The notes under the pieces are model-generated. The model saw only the letters and a program-made list of their open reading frames with translations, ran no database searches and was not told where the DNA came from. A stretch of DNA of 48,350 bases from Nitrospiraceae bacterium (lineage in GTDB: Bacteria > Nitrospirota > Nitrospiria > Nitrospirales > Nitrospiraceae). The position numbers and the translations under genes are program-made. This document shows positions 27,718 to 36,690 of this stretch, in pieces. The first letter of the stretch is position 1. The number at the start of each line of letters is the position of its first letter. The DNA lies in the NCBI GenBank assembly GCA_050246315.1, contig JBFWWG010000019.1, positions 1 to 48,350 on the forward strand. Direction: 5' to 3'.

Positions 27718-28119
27718 CTACTTCTTGAAGAGATTGTCGAGCGCGCGTCGAGCATCCTGAGGATGCCCTGATCCCGCCGAGGTTTCTCGCTCAACGGTGG
27801 TGCGCAGGGCAAAGAAGGTGCACTCGTTGCGCGCGCGCTTGTCGGCGATGCGCTCTGGGATCGGCTGCGTACATTCGAATCGTTGGCCCGGCGCGAAGTG
27901 CGCGCACTGCTGGCAGGCATGCAGCTCGGCTTGGCACTTGGGACATTGGCCGCCGGCATCGGTCAACGGCGGGAGTGGCGTACCGCAGTCTGCGCAGCGG
28001 ACGACGGTTCGCGTCTGAAGCGGCGCGGGCGTGCGCGACCCGGACGGCCCCTCCGGCTTTCCTCTTCCTCCCTGTTCGGATTCCCGATAGCCTCGCTGGC
28101 CGTATTTTCTGTCAGGCAT
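27718..28119 (-). CDS. Cys-rich hypothetical protein, copy 2
   Basis: Direct repeat of 26393-26794 at offset 1325. Confidence 0.8.
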   Translation of the reverse strand: MPDRKYGQRGYRESEQGGRGKPEGPSGSRTPAPLQTRTVVRCADCGTPLPPLTDAGGQCPKCQAELHACQQCAHFAPGQRFECTQPIPERIADKRARNECTFFALRTTVERETSAGSGHPQDARRALDNLFKK

Positions 28120-28282
28120 AGGTATCAATCTCGATAGCCGACTTGAGTCTACCCCAAGCGGTTCGTCGTGTCACTCAGGACAGACCGCGGTGTACCCGGT
28201 CCAACAGAGCGCAGATACGGTAGAGCCCCGCCCGCGTCCCACGAGTGACGCATGACGCATGGCGCCTGACGAACGTGGCGGG

Positions 28283-28738
28283 CTACGCCGACGGCAGTTC
28301 CAGCGTGTACAACTCGCCCTTCATCTGTTGGTGGAGATCGCAGCGGAATGAATAGTTGCCGCCGCGCTCCGGGGTGAAATAGATCACGAGCGTCTTGCCC
28401 GGATCGACATAGACCCCTTCGATGCCCGTGCCGTAGGCCGAGACGCCTTCACCTTCCACACTGAGTGCCAGTTGCGCGAACACCGGAGCGGTAAATCCAT
28501 GCCGGATGATGTCCTGGTTGCGCAGGATGATTGCGGTCGGCACGCCGAGGCGGACCGTCCCTGGCTTCCCGAGCATGAACGTGTATTCCTGCATGGTGAT
28601 CTCGATCCGTTGGACCTCGACTGCCTGAGCCGACGAGGCGGCGGCGATGTGGACGGCCTCGCCGGAGGCTGTAGCTTGGGTCAACCAGACGAACACTGAG
28701 ACGATGCACGCAAACAAGATCCGGGCAGGTCGTGCCAT
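28283..28738 (-). CDS. Exported cupredoxin-domain protein
   Basis: Signal peptide; NQDIIRHGF and CDLHQQMKG type-1 copper ligands; GGAG RBS. Confidence 0.88.
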   Translation of the reverse strand: MARPARILFACIVSVFVWLTQATASGEAVHIAAASSAQAVEVQRIEITMQEYTFMLGKPGTVRLGVPTAIILRNQDIIRHGFTAPVFAQLALSVEGEGVSAYGTGIEGVYVDPGKTLVIYFTPERGGNYSFRCDLHQQMKGELYTLELPSA

Positions 28739-28948
28739 GGATTGGTCTCCTTCCGTTACAACGATGCGACTGGGCCGTTGGCGGCGCTTCGCCGCAAACG
28801 GCCCGCCTCGCAGGTGTTGAGTGGTCTCCTCAGAAGAAATTCGTCGCTCCTCGACTCCCTGTTCAAGCTGTTCCGGCGTTGAATTCAATCCGCCCGACTC
28901 TTCTTCTCGGGGAATCGGCCAGCGAGTAGCCTCAGGATGGACCGACCT

Positions 28949-30241
28949 TTAACCTGAGTGGCGAGCTTCATTCTTCTCTGCACCGTTCTGTGGTATCTCG
29001 CATCCCAGTCGGGGATCTCGTTCCTCGTCAAAGGCTCGGGCCAGATCGGCCGTCAGGGGAACCTCTCGCTCGTAGACCGTAAAATGATACGGATCGTTCG
29101 CCGTGAGTCCGTATTTCTTGATGAGCATCTCATGCTGTCGTTCGGTTTGGATGTGGTAGCGAACTCGCGCTTTGAGTCGAAGACCGTCAATCTCGTTGGG
29201 GAGGCGATATGCAAATGTATAATCCCGGCTGGCCAAGGGAAGCAGACGGTTGTCATACCATTCCACGATTGCCGGCTGCCACATGATCCATCGCCCCATG
29301 CTGTCCTGCTGCCGCTCCAGCACGGCACCGTTGCGGTCGAGCACTTCAAACTCCACCGTGAAATGCCGATCCGGATCGCCCGTCGGGAGCTTATGCCCCG
29401 CGCCGGCGTTGACGAGTGTGAGCGTCACCTCCATCTTCTCACCCGGCTTCGGATGTGATGGCTTCGCCGTGACCTCAACGGCCACCGCGCGCTTGACCAT
29501 ATCGGGATCGTGCCCGCCCCGCCAGAGGTGTTGTCGCCCACGCCGGATCGGGCTGCCTTCGGCCACGGGTCGGTCAATCTCCGGCATATGGCAGCTCTGG
29601 CAGATGAACCCCCGCTCCTTCATCCAGTATTTCCCTTCATATTCTGCATAGGTCCCGCAGGGGCCTATGTTATAGAACTGCGCGGGGCCGGAGACGACGT
29701 TGTGGCAGCGATAACAGAGCTGCGTGGTCCGGAAGGATGGGTCGAACTTCGTGGGGTGGGGAGCGGCGGAATCTTCGAACGGACCGAGGATGACGCCGTC
29801 CCGAACGTGACAGGCGGCGCAGGTCACGCCTTCTTGCTGGTACTCAGGATCGTAGTGCGGATTGGGTGCTTGCGGGGCCTTCTCCACCCGACCGCGGGGA
29901 ATCTCCTTGATGAGCGTGGGCTGTTGGTTTTCGAGCGGGGTGTGGCAGTTCAGGCACACCCAGATATGCTTGTCCTTGTTCCAGTAGGCTTGAAAGAAGG
30001 GATCGACGTACGCCTGCGCATGTATGCTGCTCTTCCATTCGTCGTAGATCTCTCGATGACATTGCCCGCAGGATTCGGCCTTCAGGCTGGTCAGTCCTTC
30101 CGGAATGGGCTGAAAGGGGATGGCATGCGCATAGTCCGACCGTAGGCCGAAGATCACCGTGGGCTTGATCTCCGTGTAGTACAGATAGATCAGGCCGGCA
30201 AGGAGCCCGACGGTCAACATCACTTTGGCCGCAAGTCGCAT
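28949..30241 (-). CDS. Membrane-anchored pentaheme cytochrome c (c554-like domain)
   Basis: Five CxxCH motifs (CGQCH, CLNCH, CAACH, CYRCH, CQSCH); N-terminal TM; AGHKLPTG; GGAGGAGG RBS. Confidence 0.9.
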   Translation of the reverse strand: MRLAAKVMLTVGLLAGLIYLYYTEIKPTVIFGLRSDYAHAIPFQPIPEGLTSLKAESCGQCHREIYDEWKSSIHAQAYVDPFFQAYWNKDKHIWVCLNCHTPLENQQPTLIKEIPRGRVEKAPQAPNPHYDPEYQQEGVTCAACHVRDGVILGPFEDSAAPHPTKFDPSFRTTQLCYRCHNVVSGPAQFYNIGPCGTYAEYEGKYWMKERGFICQSCHMPEIDRPVAEGSPIRRGRQHLWRGGHDPDMVKRAVAVEVTAKPSHPKPGEKMEVTLTLVNAGAGHKLPTGDPDRHFTVEFEVLDRNGAVLERQQDSMGRWIMWQPAIVEWYDNRLLPLASRDYTFAYRLPNEIDGLRLKARVRYHIQTERQHEMLIKKYGLTANDPYHFTVYEREVPLTADLARAFDEERDPRLGCEIPQNGAEKNEARHSG

Positions 30242-30294
30242 CGATCGATGGTCCTCCTCCAATGGTGTGGCGCCTTGCGCAGACCTTGGTTCGC

Positions 30295-31011
30295 CTACCG
30301 TTCCTTCAGGCGTCGATAGACGACCGAACTCAACGTCAGCAGACCCAAAAACGTCAGCGCCAGCGCGACCCGAGGCGAAGCGACCTCCGCCACGGAGGTG
30401 ATGCCGCCCAACTGGCTTCCGGCATAGGTATAGACGAAGCTGCCGGGAATGATGCCCAGTGCGGTCGCGCCGACGTAGGTGCCGGTGCGCACACGCGTCA
30501 GTCCGGATACCAGATTCACGACGAAGAACGGAAAGAGCGGAATCAACCGCAAGGTCAGCAGGTACGAAAAGGCGTTGCGGGAAAAGCCGTCCTGCAGCGG
30601 AGCGAGGCGGTCTCCGAACTTTCGCTGCACCCATCCCTGCAACACATACCGAGCAGCGAGAAATGCCAGGGTCGCTCCTGTTGTGGCCCCGATGTTCACG
30701 TAGAGCATGCCTGAGACACTGCCGAACAGAAATCCGCCCAGCAGGGTCATGATCGTGGCTCCCGGCAGTGAGCAGGCGGTCTGGACCACGTAGGTGGCAA
30801 TAAACACGATGACCGCGATCGGATAATGGGTCTCCGTGAGCTGGAGCAGCCGGGCTCGATGGGTCTTGATCGCATCCAGAGAGAGGTAGGTGGTCAGGTC
30901 GAAATAGACAAACGTCAGCACCGCGAGGAGGATGAAGGCGCCGAGGAGCAGGCGGCCGGTCGTGGACGGGGTGGAGCGAGAGGCCTCGCCAAGCATCGTA
31001 CATTCGGGCAT
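30295..31011 (-). CDS. TVP38/TMEM64 (DedA superfamily) membrane protein
   Basis: LPGATIMTLLGGFLFG, GATLAFLAARY, LRLIPLFPFFVVN, TALGIIPG. Confidence 0.93.
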   Translation of the reverse strand: MPECTMLGEASRSTPSTTGRLLLGAFILLAVLTFVYFDLTTYLSLDAIKTHRARLLQLTETHYPIAVIVFIATYVVQTACSLPGATIMTLLGGFLFGSVSGMLYVNIGATTGATLAFLAARYVLQGWVQRKFGDRLAPLQDGFSRNAFSYLLTLRLIPLFPFFVVNLVSGLTRVRTGTYVGATALGIIPGSFVYTYAGSQLGGITSVAEVASPRVALALTFLGLLTLSSVVYRRLKER

Positions 31012-31394
31012 GGGGTCTCCGGGTCTGTTAATTTAGGATGAGTCGTTACAAGCAGAGGCACAGCGCGGTGATCGGACAGAGCGGAGCGGGAGGGCAGCGG
31101 CATGGGCATCGGGCGGAGTTGGATGCTGAGCGGTCTTTCCCTCGCGGCCGGCTATGCCATTGCGCCGTTGTCACCAAGTGCTGCTCGCGATTTCCTATCA
31201 TAATCGACCGCGCTCGGTGCTGACAATGATGCTTGGGGAAAGGCTCTTGGGCGATCCGGCCTGGCGGATCGCGCTTCGACCGCCTCCGCTCGATGAAGCA
31301 GGACAGTCGCGTGATGATGCCGTGCTCGTCATCGCGAGATGGATCGGTTGCGATGAGGTGATCCGTCCGTGAGTCGGAGGACTCGGAGAAACCC

Positions 31395-31940
31395 TTAGAA
31401 CAACGGATGCGGCGCGCTGCCGAAGAGGCGCGGTCTTGCAGAGGTGCCTTTGGACGTCCCCACGATGCGCCATGCTCCATCTTCCTTGGCGAGATGGTGC
31501 ACTTCCTGATGCCAACTGTCGATCGGGATGCGCTCCTTGGAGTTCTTGCTCGTGGCCCAGAGAGCGCCGCTACAGGTGATTTCCACCGTCATGTTGTGAG
31601 TCTCGCCCGAGGTTCGAATGGCGGAAAACGTATGGATGTTGGCAATGAACTCGTAATCATTCAGGAGTTCGTCCCAGATCTTTCTGAGGTCTCCCTTGGT
31701 GAATCCATGGTGATGATAGCGCTCGCTGTAGATCGCCATGAGCTCGTCCAAATTGCGTGACCGGATGGCCTCCTGCGCTTGGTCGAACGCGCTGGTGAGC
31801 TCAAGGACGGTCTGCCGGTCCACCTCCACCGTGGCATCGGGCAGGATCTGAGTCATGGCCGACGCGGGACGGGGCACCACGCTGTGGCCAAGAATCAGGC
31901 ACAAGAGGCAGCCGCACACGATGGTCTGTGCTGGTATCAT
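31395..31940 (-). CDS. Exported SnoaL/NTF2-like protein
   Basis: Signal peptide; AIRSRNLDELMAIYS...LAKEDGAWRIVG. Confidence 0.75.
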   Translation of the reverse strand: MIPAQTIVCGCLLCLILGHSVVPRPASAMTQILPDATVEVDRQTVLELTSAFDQAQEAIRSRNLDELMAIYSERYHHHGFTKGDLRKIWDELLNDYEFIANIHTFSAIRTSGETHNMTVEITCSGALWATSKNSKERIPIDSWHQEVHHLAKEDGAWRIVGTSKGTSARPRLFGSAPHPLF

Positions 31941-31952
31941 GGGTGCGCTCCA

Positions 31953-32135
31953 TACCACCCTTCGGTTGAACCGGCGGCTCATCGGGCGAAGCCCTTCTTC
32001 ATTGATGCCGCCGGAGGAATACCTTCAGTGAATCCCCTCCTTCTTTTCCCTACCACCCTTCGGTTGAACCGGCGGCTCATCGGGCGCAGCCGCTCCTCAT
32101 GAACGCTGCCGGAGCAATCTCTCCGGTGATCCTTC
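31953..32135. repeat. Tandem duplication (98-bp period) with a perfect 36-bp core
   Basis: taccacccttcggttgaaccggcggctcatcgggcg at 31953-31988 and 32051-32086; weaker similarity continues about 45 bp. Confidence 0.85.
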
Positions 32136-32340
32136 TCCGGCTGTTGCCTGCCAAGTTTCGCGTGAGCCGGCCGCTGACCGTTCGCGGCCTCACCGTGTTG
32201 AATCCCGTTCCGGAACGCTACCGAGTGTCGAACCAGTCCCACCTTGAATATCTTCTCATATTCCACAGGGCTTCTGAAGCGGCCGACCCGCAGGTCGGCA
32301 GAGGATCGGCGCTGCCGCAGGCGGCGGAGGCCGCTTCTCT

Positions 32341-33258
32341 TTATGAGGCCGGCGAGGTCTGCCGTTGCTTGACAACAAGCACCGAACAGGGTGCGTACTT
32401 CAACACGCTTTCAGCCACGCTGCCCAGTTCGAGCCGTTCACTCCCCTGGAGCCCACGCGAACCGACGATGATGAGATCGGCTTTCAGGCGTTCCGCATGC
32501 TGAAGAATCTGCTCGCTCGTATGGCCTGTGCGCACCTCGGTCGTGACGCTGCACCCGGTTTTCAACACCTGGTCGCGGTACTGGCTGACCAGCTCCTGAG
32601 CGCGGTCGATCTGAGGGCGAGTGAGGTCCTGGATTTGTGAGGCCGGCATGACGCGCGAGGCCATTTCCGTCAAACCATCGCCAGCGACGGACAGCACCGA
32701 CACATGGATCGATTCTTGACACAGCCATTGGCAGGCGAACTCGCACGCCCGCCGGGAGTGTTTGGAGCCGTCCACGGCGAGCACGACCTGGTCGAGCGAG
32801 GAGAGCGGACGCTTAAGGATCAGCACGGGACAGGGGGCCTGTGCGAGCACGTGACGCGACACGCTGCCCAGCAGGAAACCGCGGATGTCGCTCAAGCCTC
32901 GTGAGCCCAATATCACGAGGCTGGCCCGGCGTCGTCTTGCTTGAGCCACGATGCTGGTTGCCGGACGTCCATGGGCGAGGGCGGTTTCGATCTTTGTCTT
33001 GGCGCTGGTTCCGCCCTGCCCCAGGGCTACCGATGCGACTTGGGCCATCTGGCGGAGCAAGGCGGTGCCTCGTTCATCTAATGCGCGGATCACCCGCGCG
33101 ACCCGCGCCGGGCTGGGCGACCCCGACGATTTCGGGAGTCGCGGCTCGACCGTGTGCAGCAATACCACCCGTTCCGGAGGCCGGTCCACCAGCACCCGCA
33201 AGGCCTCCACACCCCAATGTGAATACTCAGACCCATCGACCGCGCACAAAACATTCAT
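32341..33258 (-). CDS. Tandem-domain universal stress protein
   Basis: VLCAVDGS, GSRGL...LLGSVS, VVLAVDGS, LGSVAE...PCSVLVV. Confidence 0.93.
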   Translation of the reverse strand: MNVLCAVDGSEYSHWGVEALRVLVDRPPERVVLLHTVEPRLPKSSGSPSPARVARVIRALDERGTALLRQMAQVASVALGQGGTSAKTKIETALAHGRPATSIVAQARRRRASLVILGSRGLSDIRGFLLGSVSRHVLAQAPCPVLILKRPLSSLDQVVLAVDGSKHSRRACEFACQWLCQESIHVSVLSVAGDGLTEMASRVMPASQIQDLTRPQIDRAQELVSQYRDQVLKTGCSVTTEVRTGHTSEQILQHAERLKADLIIVGSRGLQGSERLELGSVAESVLKYAPCSVLVVKQRQTSPAS

Positions 33259-33389
33259 CGCGCTCCTCCCATGTGTTCGCTCGGCTCATCGGCCCCTCGC
33301 GCAGGGCGACATGCATGAACGGAACGATCATTCGGTTGATATCGGAAGGTCATTCCGACCCGTGCCATTCAGGGTTCCCGGCAGAGGTG

Positions 33390-33405
33390 TGCATCCCACG
33401 TGCCT
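33390..33405 (-). promoter_or_regulatory. sigma54 promoter
   Basis: AGGCACGTGGGATGCA (GG-N10-GC) upstream of the USP. Confidence 0.6.
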
Positions 33406-33599
33406 GAGGCAGCGTGGTGTCGGGAGAATGGCGCGATGAGGCTGACGGCCTCGTCAACGAAGGCGAAGGAGATCGGTCTGAACCAGCCCCTGCGGCCTTT
33501 TGCGTCATGCCCAAATGGACGGTTGTGGCAATTGTCGCCAGAGGCCGACATGTAGGGCGACGGTCTCCCATCCGACAAAGGCCTGCCAAGATCGGGCCA

Positions 33600-33615
33600 T
33601 GGCACTTGGCTTGCG
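33600..33615 (+). promoter_or_regulatory. sigma54 promoter
   Basis: TGGCACTTGGCTTGCG, near-consensus, 41 nt before the ATG at 33657. Confidence 0.8.
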
Positions 33616-33656
33616 TCATCCGCAACCGGGCGGGAAGCCGCACAGGGAGGAAGTCC

Positions 33657-33968
33657 ATGTCGGTTGTGCTGGATGAGCTGGAACAAGGTGTCTATCGGCG
33701 ATTTGTTGACGTGATGCGTCTCTCGACCATTACACCCCGTCCATCGTTGGATGAAGCAGGGGTACGCCGCTGTCCCGATGGTCAGATCATCGTCCCGGTG
33801 ACGATGGAAGCCGAACGACCCTCCTTGTCGCTGGCCATGTTGATGGCACACAAGTCCGACTACCTCTATCGGCGCAGCGGCTGCCGGTTCATCCTGACAC
33901 AGCGGCCGTTGCGCGATCCGAATCAGAAGGCCTATGTCTGGAACGGAGCCTGGCAGACGGTGGAATGA
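33657..33968 (+). CDS. Small hypothetical protein
   Basis: ATG after GGGAGG, directly downstream of a sigma54 promoter. Confidence 0.7.
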   Translation: MSVVLDELEQGVYRRFVDVMRLSTITPRPSLDEAGVRRCPDGQIIVPVTMEAERPSLSLAMLMAHKSDYLYRRSGCRFILTQRPLRDPNQKAYVWNGAWQTVE

Positions 33969-34008
33969 GGGATGCCGGCTATGGCGAGACAGGAAGGAGG
34001 CGCGAGTC

Positions 34009-34443
34009 ATGGTCAACGAGAGGACGCATCAATCTGGGGCAGAGTCTGCCACATTCGACCGACTCAAGGCCGCGGATCTCATGGAGCGGGGGGTGCAGTC
34101 GGCGCATGTGCAGACCAAGGCCGACGTCATCGCCTCGATGATGATCGAGGGGTTCGGCGGGGTGCCGATCATCGACGATAGGCAGAGGCTGGCCGGGATC
34201 GTGACCGAGTTTGATCTCCTGGCGGCGCTGGACCAGGGAAAACGGCTTGGAGATCTCTTCGCAGGCGACATCATGACGAAGACCGTCGTAAGCGTCGAGG
34301 AGCATACCGATGTGCGCACGCTTCTCTATGTGCTCCAAACCAACCATGTCATCCGTGTACCCGTTGTGAATCGGGATGGTCGCTTGACCGGGATTGTCGC
34401 CAGGCGCGATGTGCTCCAAGGGTATCTGGCCTCGCGAGGATGA
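34009..34443 (+). CDS. CBS-domain protein
   Basis: FGGVPIID...GIVTEFDLL; IRVPVVNRDGRLTGIVARRDVL; AAGGAGG RBS. Confidence 0.93.
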   Translation: MVNERTHQSGAESATFDRLKAADLMERGVQSAHVQTKADVIASMMIEGFGGVPIIDDRQRLAGIVTEFDLLAALDQGKRLGDLFAGDIMTKTVVSVEEHTDVRTLLYVLQTNHVIRVPVVNRDGRLTGIVARRDVLQGYLASRG

Positions 34444-34548
34444 CGGGTACCGGCATCCTCGGTGAGTCGGCTCCGTGGCAATTGGACACAGTCCGGAGGG
34501 TGATCCTGTCCCGTTTCGCCACGTGACATGAGGAGATTGGCCTGCCTC

Positions 34549-34660
34549 TCATCCTTGGAGAGCCTCAGGATGAACGGCCCAGTCCTTGAATAGACCGGTG
34601 TTTTCCAATCGTACTGACCCTGTCGAAGCACACAAATCGAATTTTTCCGCAGCCTGCTAG
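34549..34660. mobile_element. Type-A MITE, left-truncated copy
   Basis: 112-bp direct repeat of 34996-35107 (about 6 mismatches); ends tttttccgcagcctgCTAG. Confidence 0.75.
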
Positions 34661-34788
34661 TGTTGCGTCCCAGAAGTTCGTTCGTGGTGAGCCTGTCGAA
34701 CCATGAACGGAACTCCTTGAGATCGGGCGCCCATCGACCAGCTCAGGGCGAACGGATTATTACTGGAATTTACGGGATACAACACTAG
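34657..34788. mobile_element. Type-B MITE bounded by CTAG
   Basis: TIRs ctagtgttgcgtcccagaagttc / gaatttacgggatacaacactag; internal REP-like gttcgtggtgagcctgtcgaaccatgaac. Confidence 0.75.
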
Positions 34789-34972
34789 GGGTCTGTTCAT
34801 CCTTGACCTTTCGCCTGCGACGAACGATCTATCGGCATCTGCTTCGTACTCGGCCCAAAAATCCTCAACGAATTCCAGGGAATACGCTTCCTGGTCTTCG
34901 CGGCCTGCGGTCTCGCCTCTGCCAGCACCTCCTTGACCTTGTTACGAACGACAAGGTCGGACAGCCTCCTAG
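34785..34972. mobile_element. Type-C MITE bounded by CTAG
   Basis: Imperfect TIRs ctaggggtctgttc / ggacagcctcctag; internal hairpin gaccttgt...acaaggtc. Confidence 0.6.
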
Positions 34973-35107
34973 CAGGCTGCGGAAAACCCCTCCGTTCATC
35001 CTTCGAGAGCCTCAGGACGAACGGCCCAGTCATTGAATAGACCGGTGTTTTCCGATCGTACTGACCCTGTCAAAGCACACAAATCGAATTTTTCCGCAAC
35101 CTGCTAG
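34969..35107. mobile_element. Type-A MITE, complete copy
   Basis: TIRs ctagcaggctgcggaaaa / ttttccgcaacctgctag; internal imperfect palindrome. Confidence 0.8.
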
Positions 35108-35110
35108 ACC

Positions 35111-35126
35111 TGGCATCTTCCTTGCG
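35111..35126 (+). promoter_or_regulatory. sigma54 promoter
   Basis: TGGCATCTTCCTTGCG (GG-N10-GC), 3 nt after the MITE train. Confidence 0.7.
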
Positions 35127-35377
35127 TTTCGTATAATGTCGTGACGGCTCGGCAGGTGGATCTCGTCCAACTGTTCGGGCTTCCTACCTGGGTTGATCGT
35201 TCCGCGAGGGCGGCCATGGATGTCCGCTCGGCAGATGCTCCCGCGTATGAGACTCCCTTCGCCGTTCGGTTCCCGGCGAGGCGGCTCCGATTTCGACGAT
35301 TCTTTGCACTCATTCACAGTCCACTTGACATTTCGAGCCCAGATCGATTGGCAGCGCGAAGGCGCGGGAGGTGAGCC

Positions 35378-35815
35378 ATGAGAGCGACGGAGTACATGGT
35401 GAAGGCGTGCGATCCCAAGACGTTGACCGTTCATAGTTTAATGCAGGATGCCGTGTACACCATCGGACCTCAGACGAGTGGTGTCCGAGTCGCCGACATC
35501 TTGAGCGAGCACGGGTTCGGCAGCGTGCCGGTGGTGGATGACGAGATGACGCTGTTGGGGCTTGTGAGCGAGTTCGATCTGTTGCGGGCCTTTCAAGAGG
35601 GCAAGGATTTACGGGTGGTGACCGCGCGCGAGGTGATGACCCCTAACGTGATCACCGTTCATGAGGAGATGCCCGTGATGGACCTGATCGCACTGCTGCA
35701 GGAGCGGCATTTGATCCGCGTGCCGGTCGTGCATGGAAAGAAACTCATTGGAATCGTGGCGCGACGGGACGTGCTGTTTGGCTACGTCAAGGCGACGGCC
35801 TCTTATTGGCCGTGA
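35378..35815 (+). CDS. CBS-domain protein
   Basis: FGSVPVVD...GLVSEFDLL; IRVPVV...GIVARRDVL; paralogue of 34009-34443. Confidence 0.93.
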   Translation: MRATEYMVKACDPKTLTVHSLMQDAVYTIGPQTSGVRVADILSEHGFGSVPVVDDEMTLLGLVSEFDLLRAFQEGKDLRVVTAREVMTPNVITVHEEMPVMDLIALLQERHLIRVPVVHGKKLIGIVARRDVLFGYVKATASYWP

Positions 35816-35986
35816 GGTATCGGAAGGCGTCAATCGTCATTCGTCATGAGTCAGACGTCGGTGGCGGAAAAGCGGACGAACAGGAAACAAGGGATCGATC
35901 TTCGGAGGAGGTCATCCGTCCTTCCACGGTTGACGCGTCGCCTATGACGCATGGCGACAATCTCGGATTGAGAAGGGAGGTGTCCT

Positions 35987-36478
35987 ATGCCGCCGTTATT
36001 ACTGAGAAGGCTCCAAGACTTCCTGGACGCGCAACGCATTCAGTACGAGGTGCTTGACCACCACGAAGCCTACACGGCTCCGGAAGTGGCTCATACGTTG
36101 CACGTCCCCGGGAAAATGCTCGCCAAGGTCGTGATGGTGAGCGCCGATGGGAAATTGTTGATGACCGTGCTGCCCTCCACCTGGCAAGTGGATCTGTCCC
36201 GCCTTCAAGAGGTGCTGCGAGCCCGCTACGTGCGATTGGCCAGTGAATCCGAATTCAAGGAACTCTTCCCAGACTGTGAGACGGGCAGCATGCCGCCGTT
36301 CGGCAATCTGTACGGACTCGACGTCTATGTGGACCAGTGCCTCACGGAAGACGAGGAGATCGTGGTCCAGGCGGGATTTCATTCTCGGGCAGTGAAGCTC
36401 CGTTACGACGACTTCGCGCGGGCCGTCGAGCCCAAGATTGCCGAGTTCCATCGGTCGCCGGCGGAATCGGCGTACTAG
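35987..36478 (+). CDS. YbaK/EbsC-family (aminoacyl-tRNA deacylase-like) protein
   Basis: LAKVVMV, RLASESEF...FPDCETGSMPPFGNLYG. Confidence 0.92.
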   Translation: MPPLLLRRLQDFLDAQRIQYEVLDHHEAYTAPEVAHTLHVPGKMLAKVVMVSADGKLLMTVLPSTWQVDLSRLQEVLRARYVRLASESEFKELFPDCETGSMPPFGNLYGLDVYVDQCLTEDEEIVVQAGFHSRAVKLRYDDFARAVEPKIAEFHRSPAESAY

Positions 36479-36690
36479 AAGACGTAGACAAGCGGAGATC
36501 CCGACAATCGGTTTACCTGAGAGCGGGCGCTTGGGCACGAGGGGTGAGGTGCGCCAAGCTTCCTCAGGATCTTTACTCCTAGGGAATCCTTCCTGCACCA
36601 CGGCCGAACGAGAGGTCCTCCCCTGCGAAGCCCGTTCTTGCAGCCTTTCCGGGATTGTCCTACCCTCCAGTGAGAGCTGAGAGATCAACC

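Noticed and set aside
28949..31003. 684-aa ORF as one large cytochrome
   Set aside because: The first 254 codons overlap the TVP38 gene out of frame; the real start is the ATG at 30241 with a strong RBS.
31953..32086. Two 36-bp repeats as a mini CRISPR array
   Set aside because: Only two copies, a 62-bp gap, similarity extends beyond the repeat, and there are no cas genes; it fits a tandem duplication.
35141..35381. Short ORFs between the 35111 promoter and the CBS gene
   Set aside because: No recognisable family or clear RBS; treated as leader sequence.
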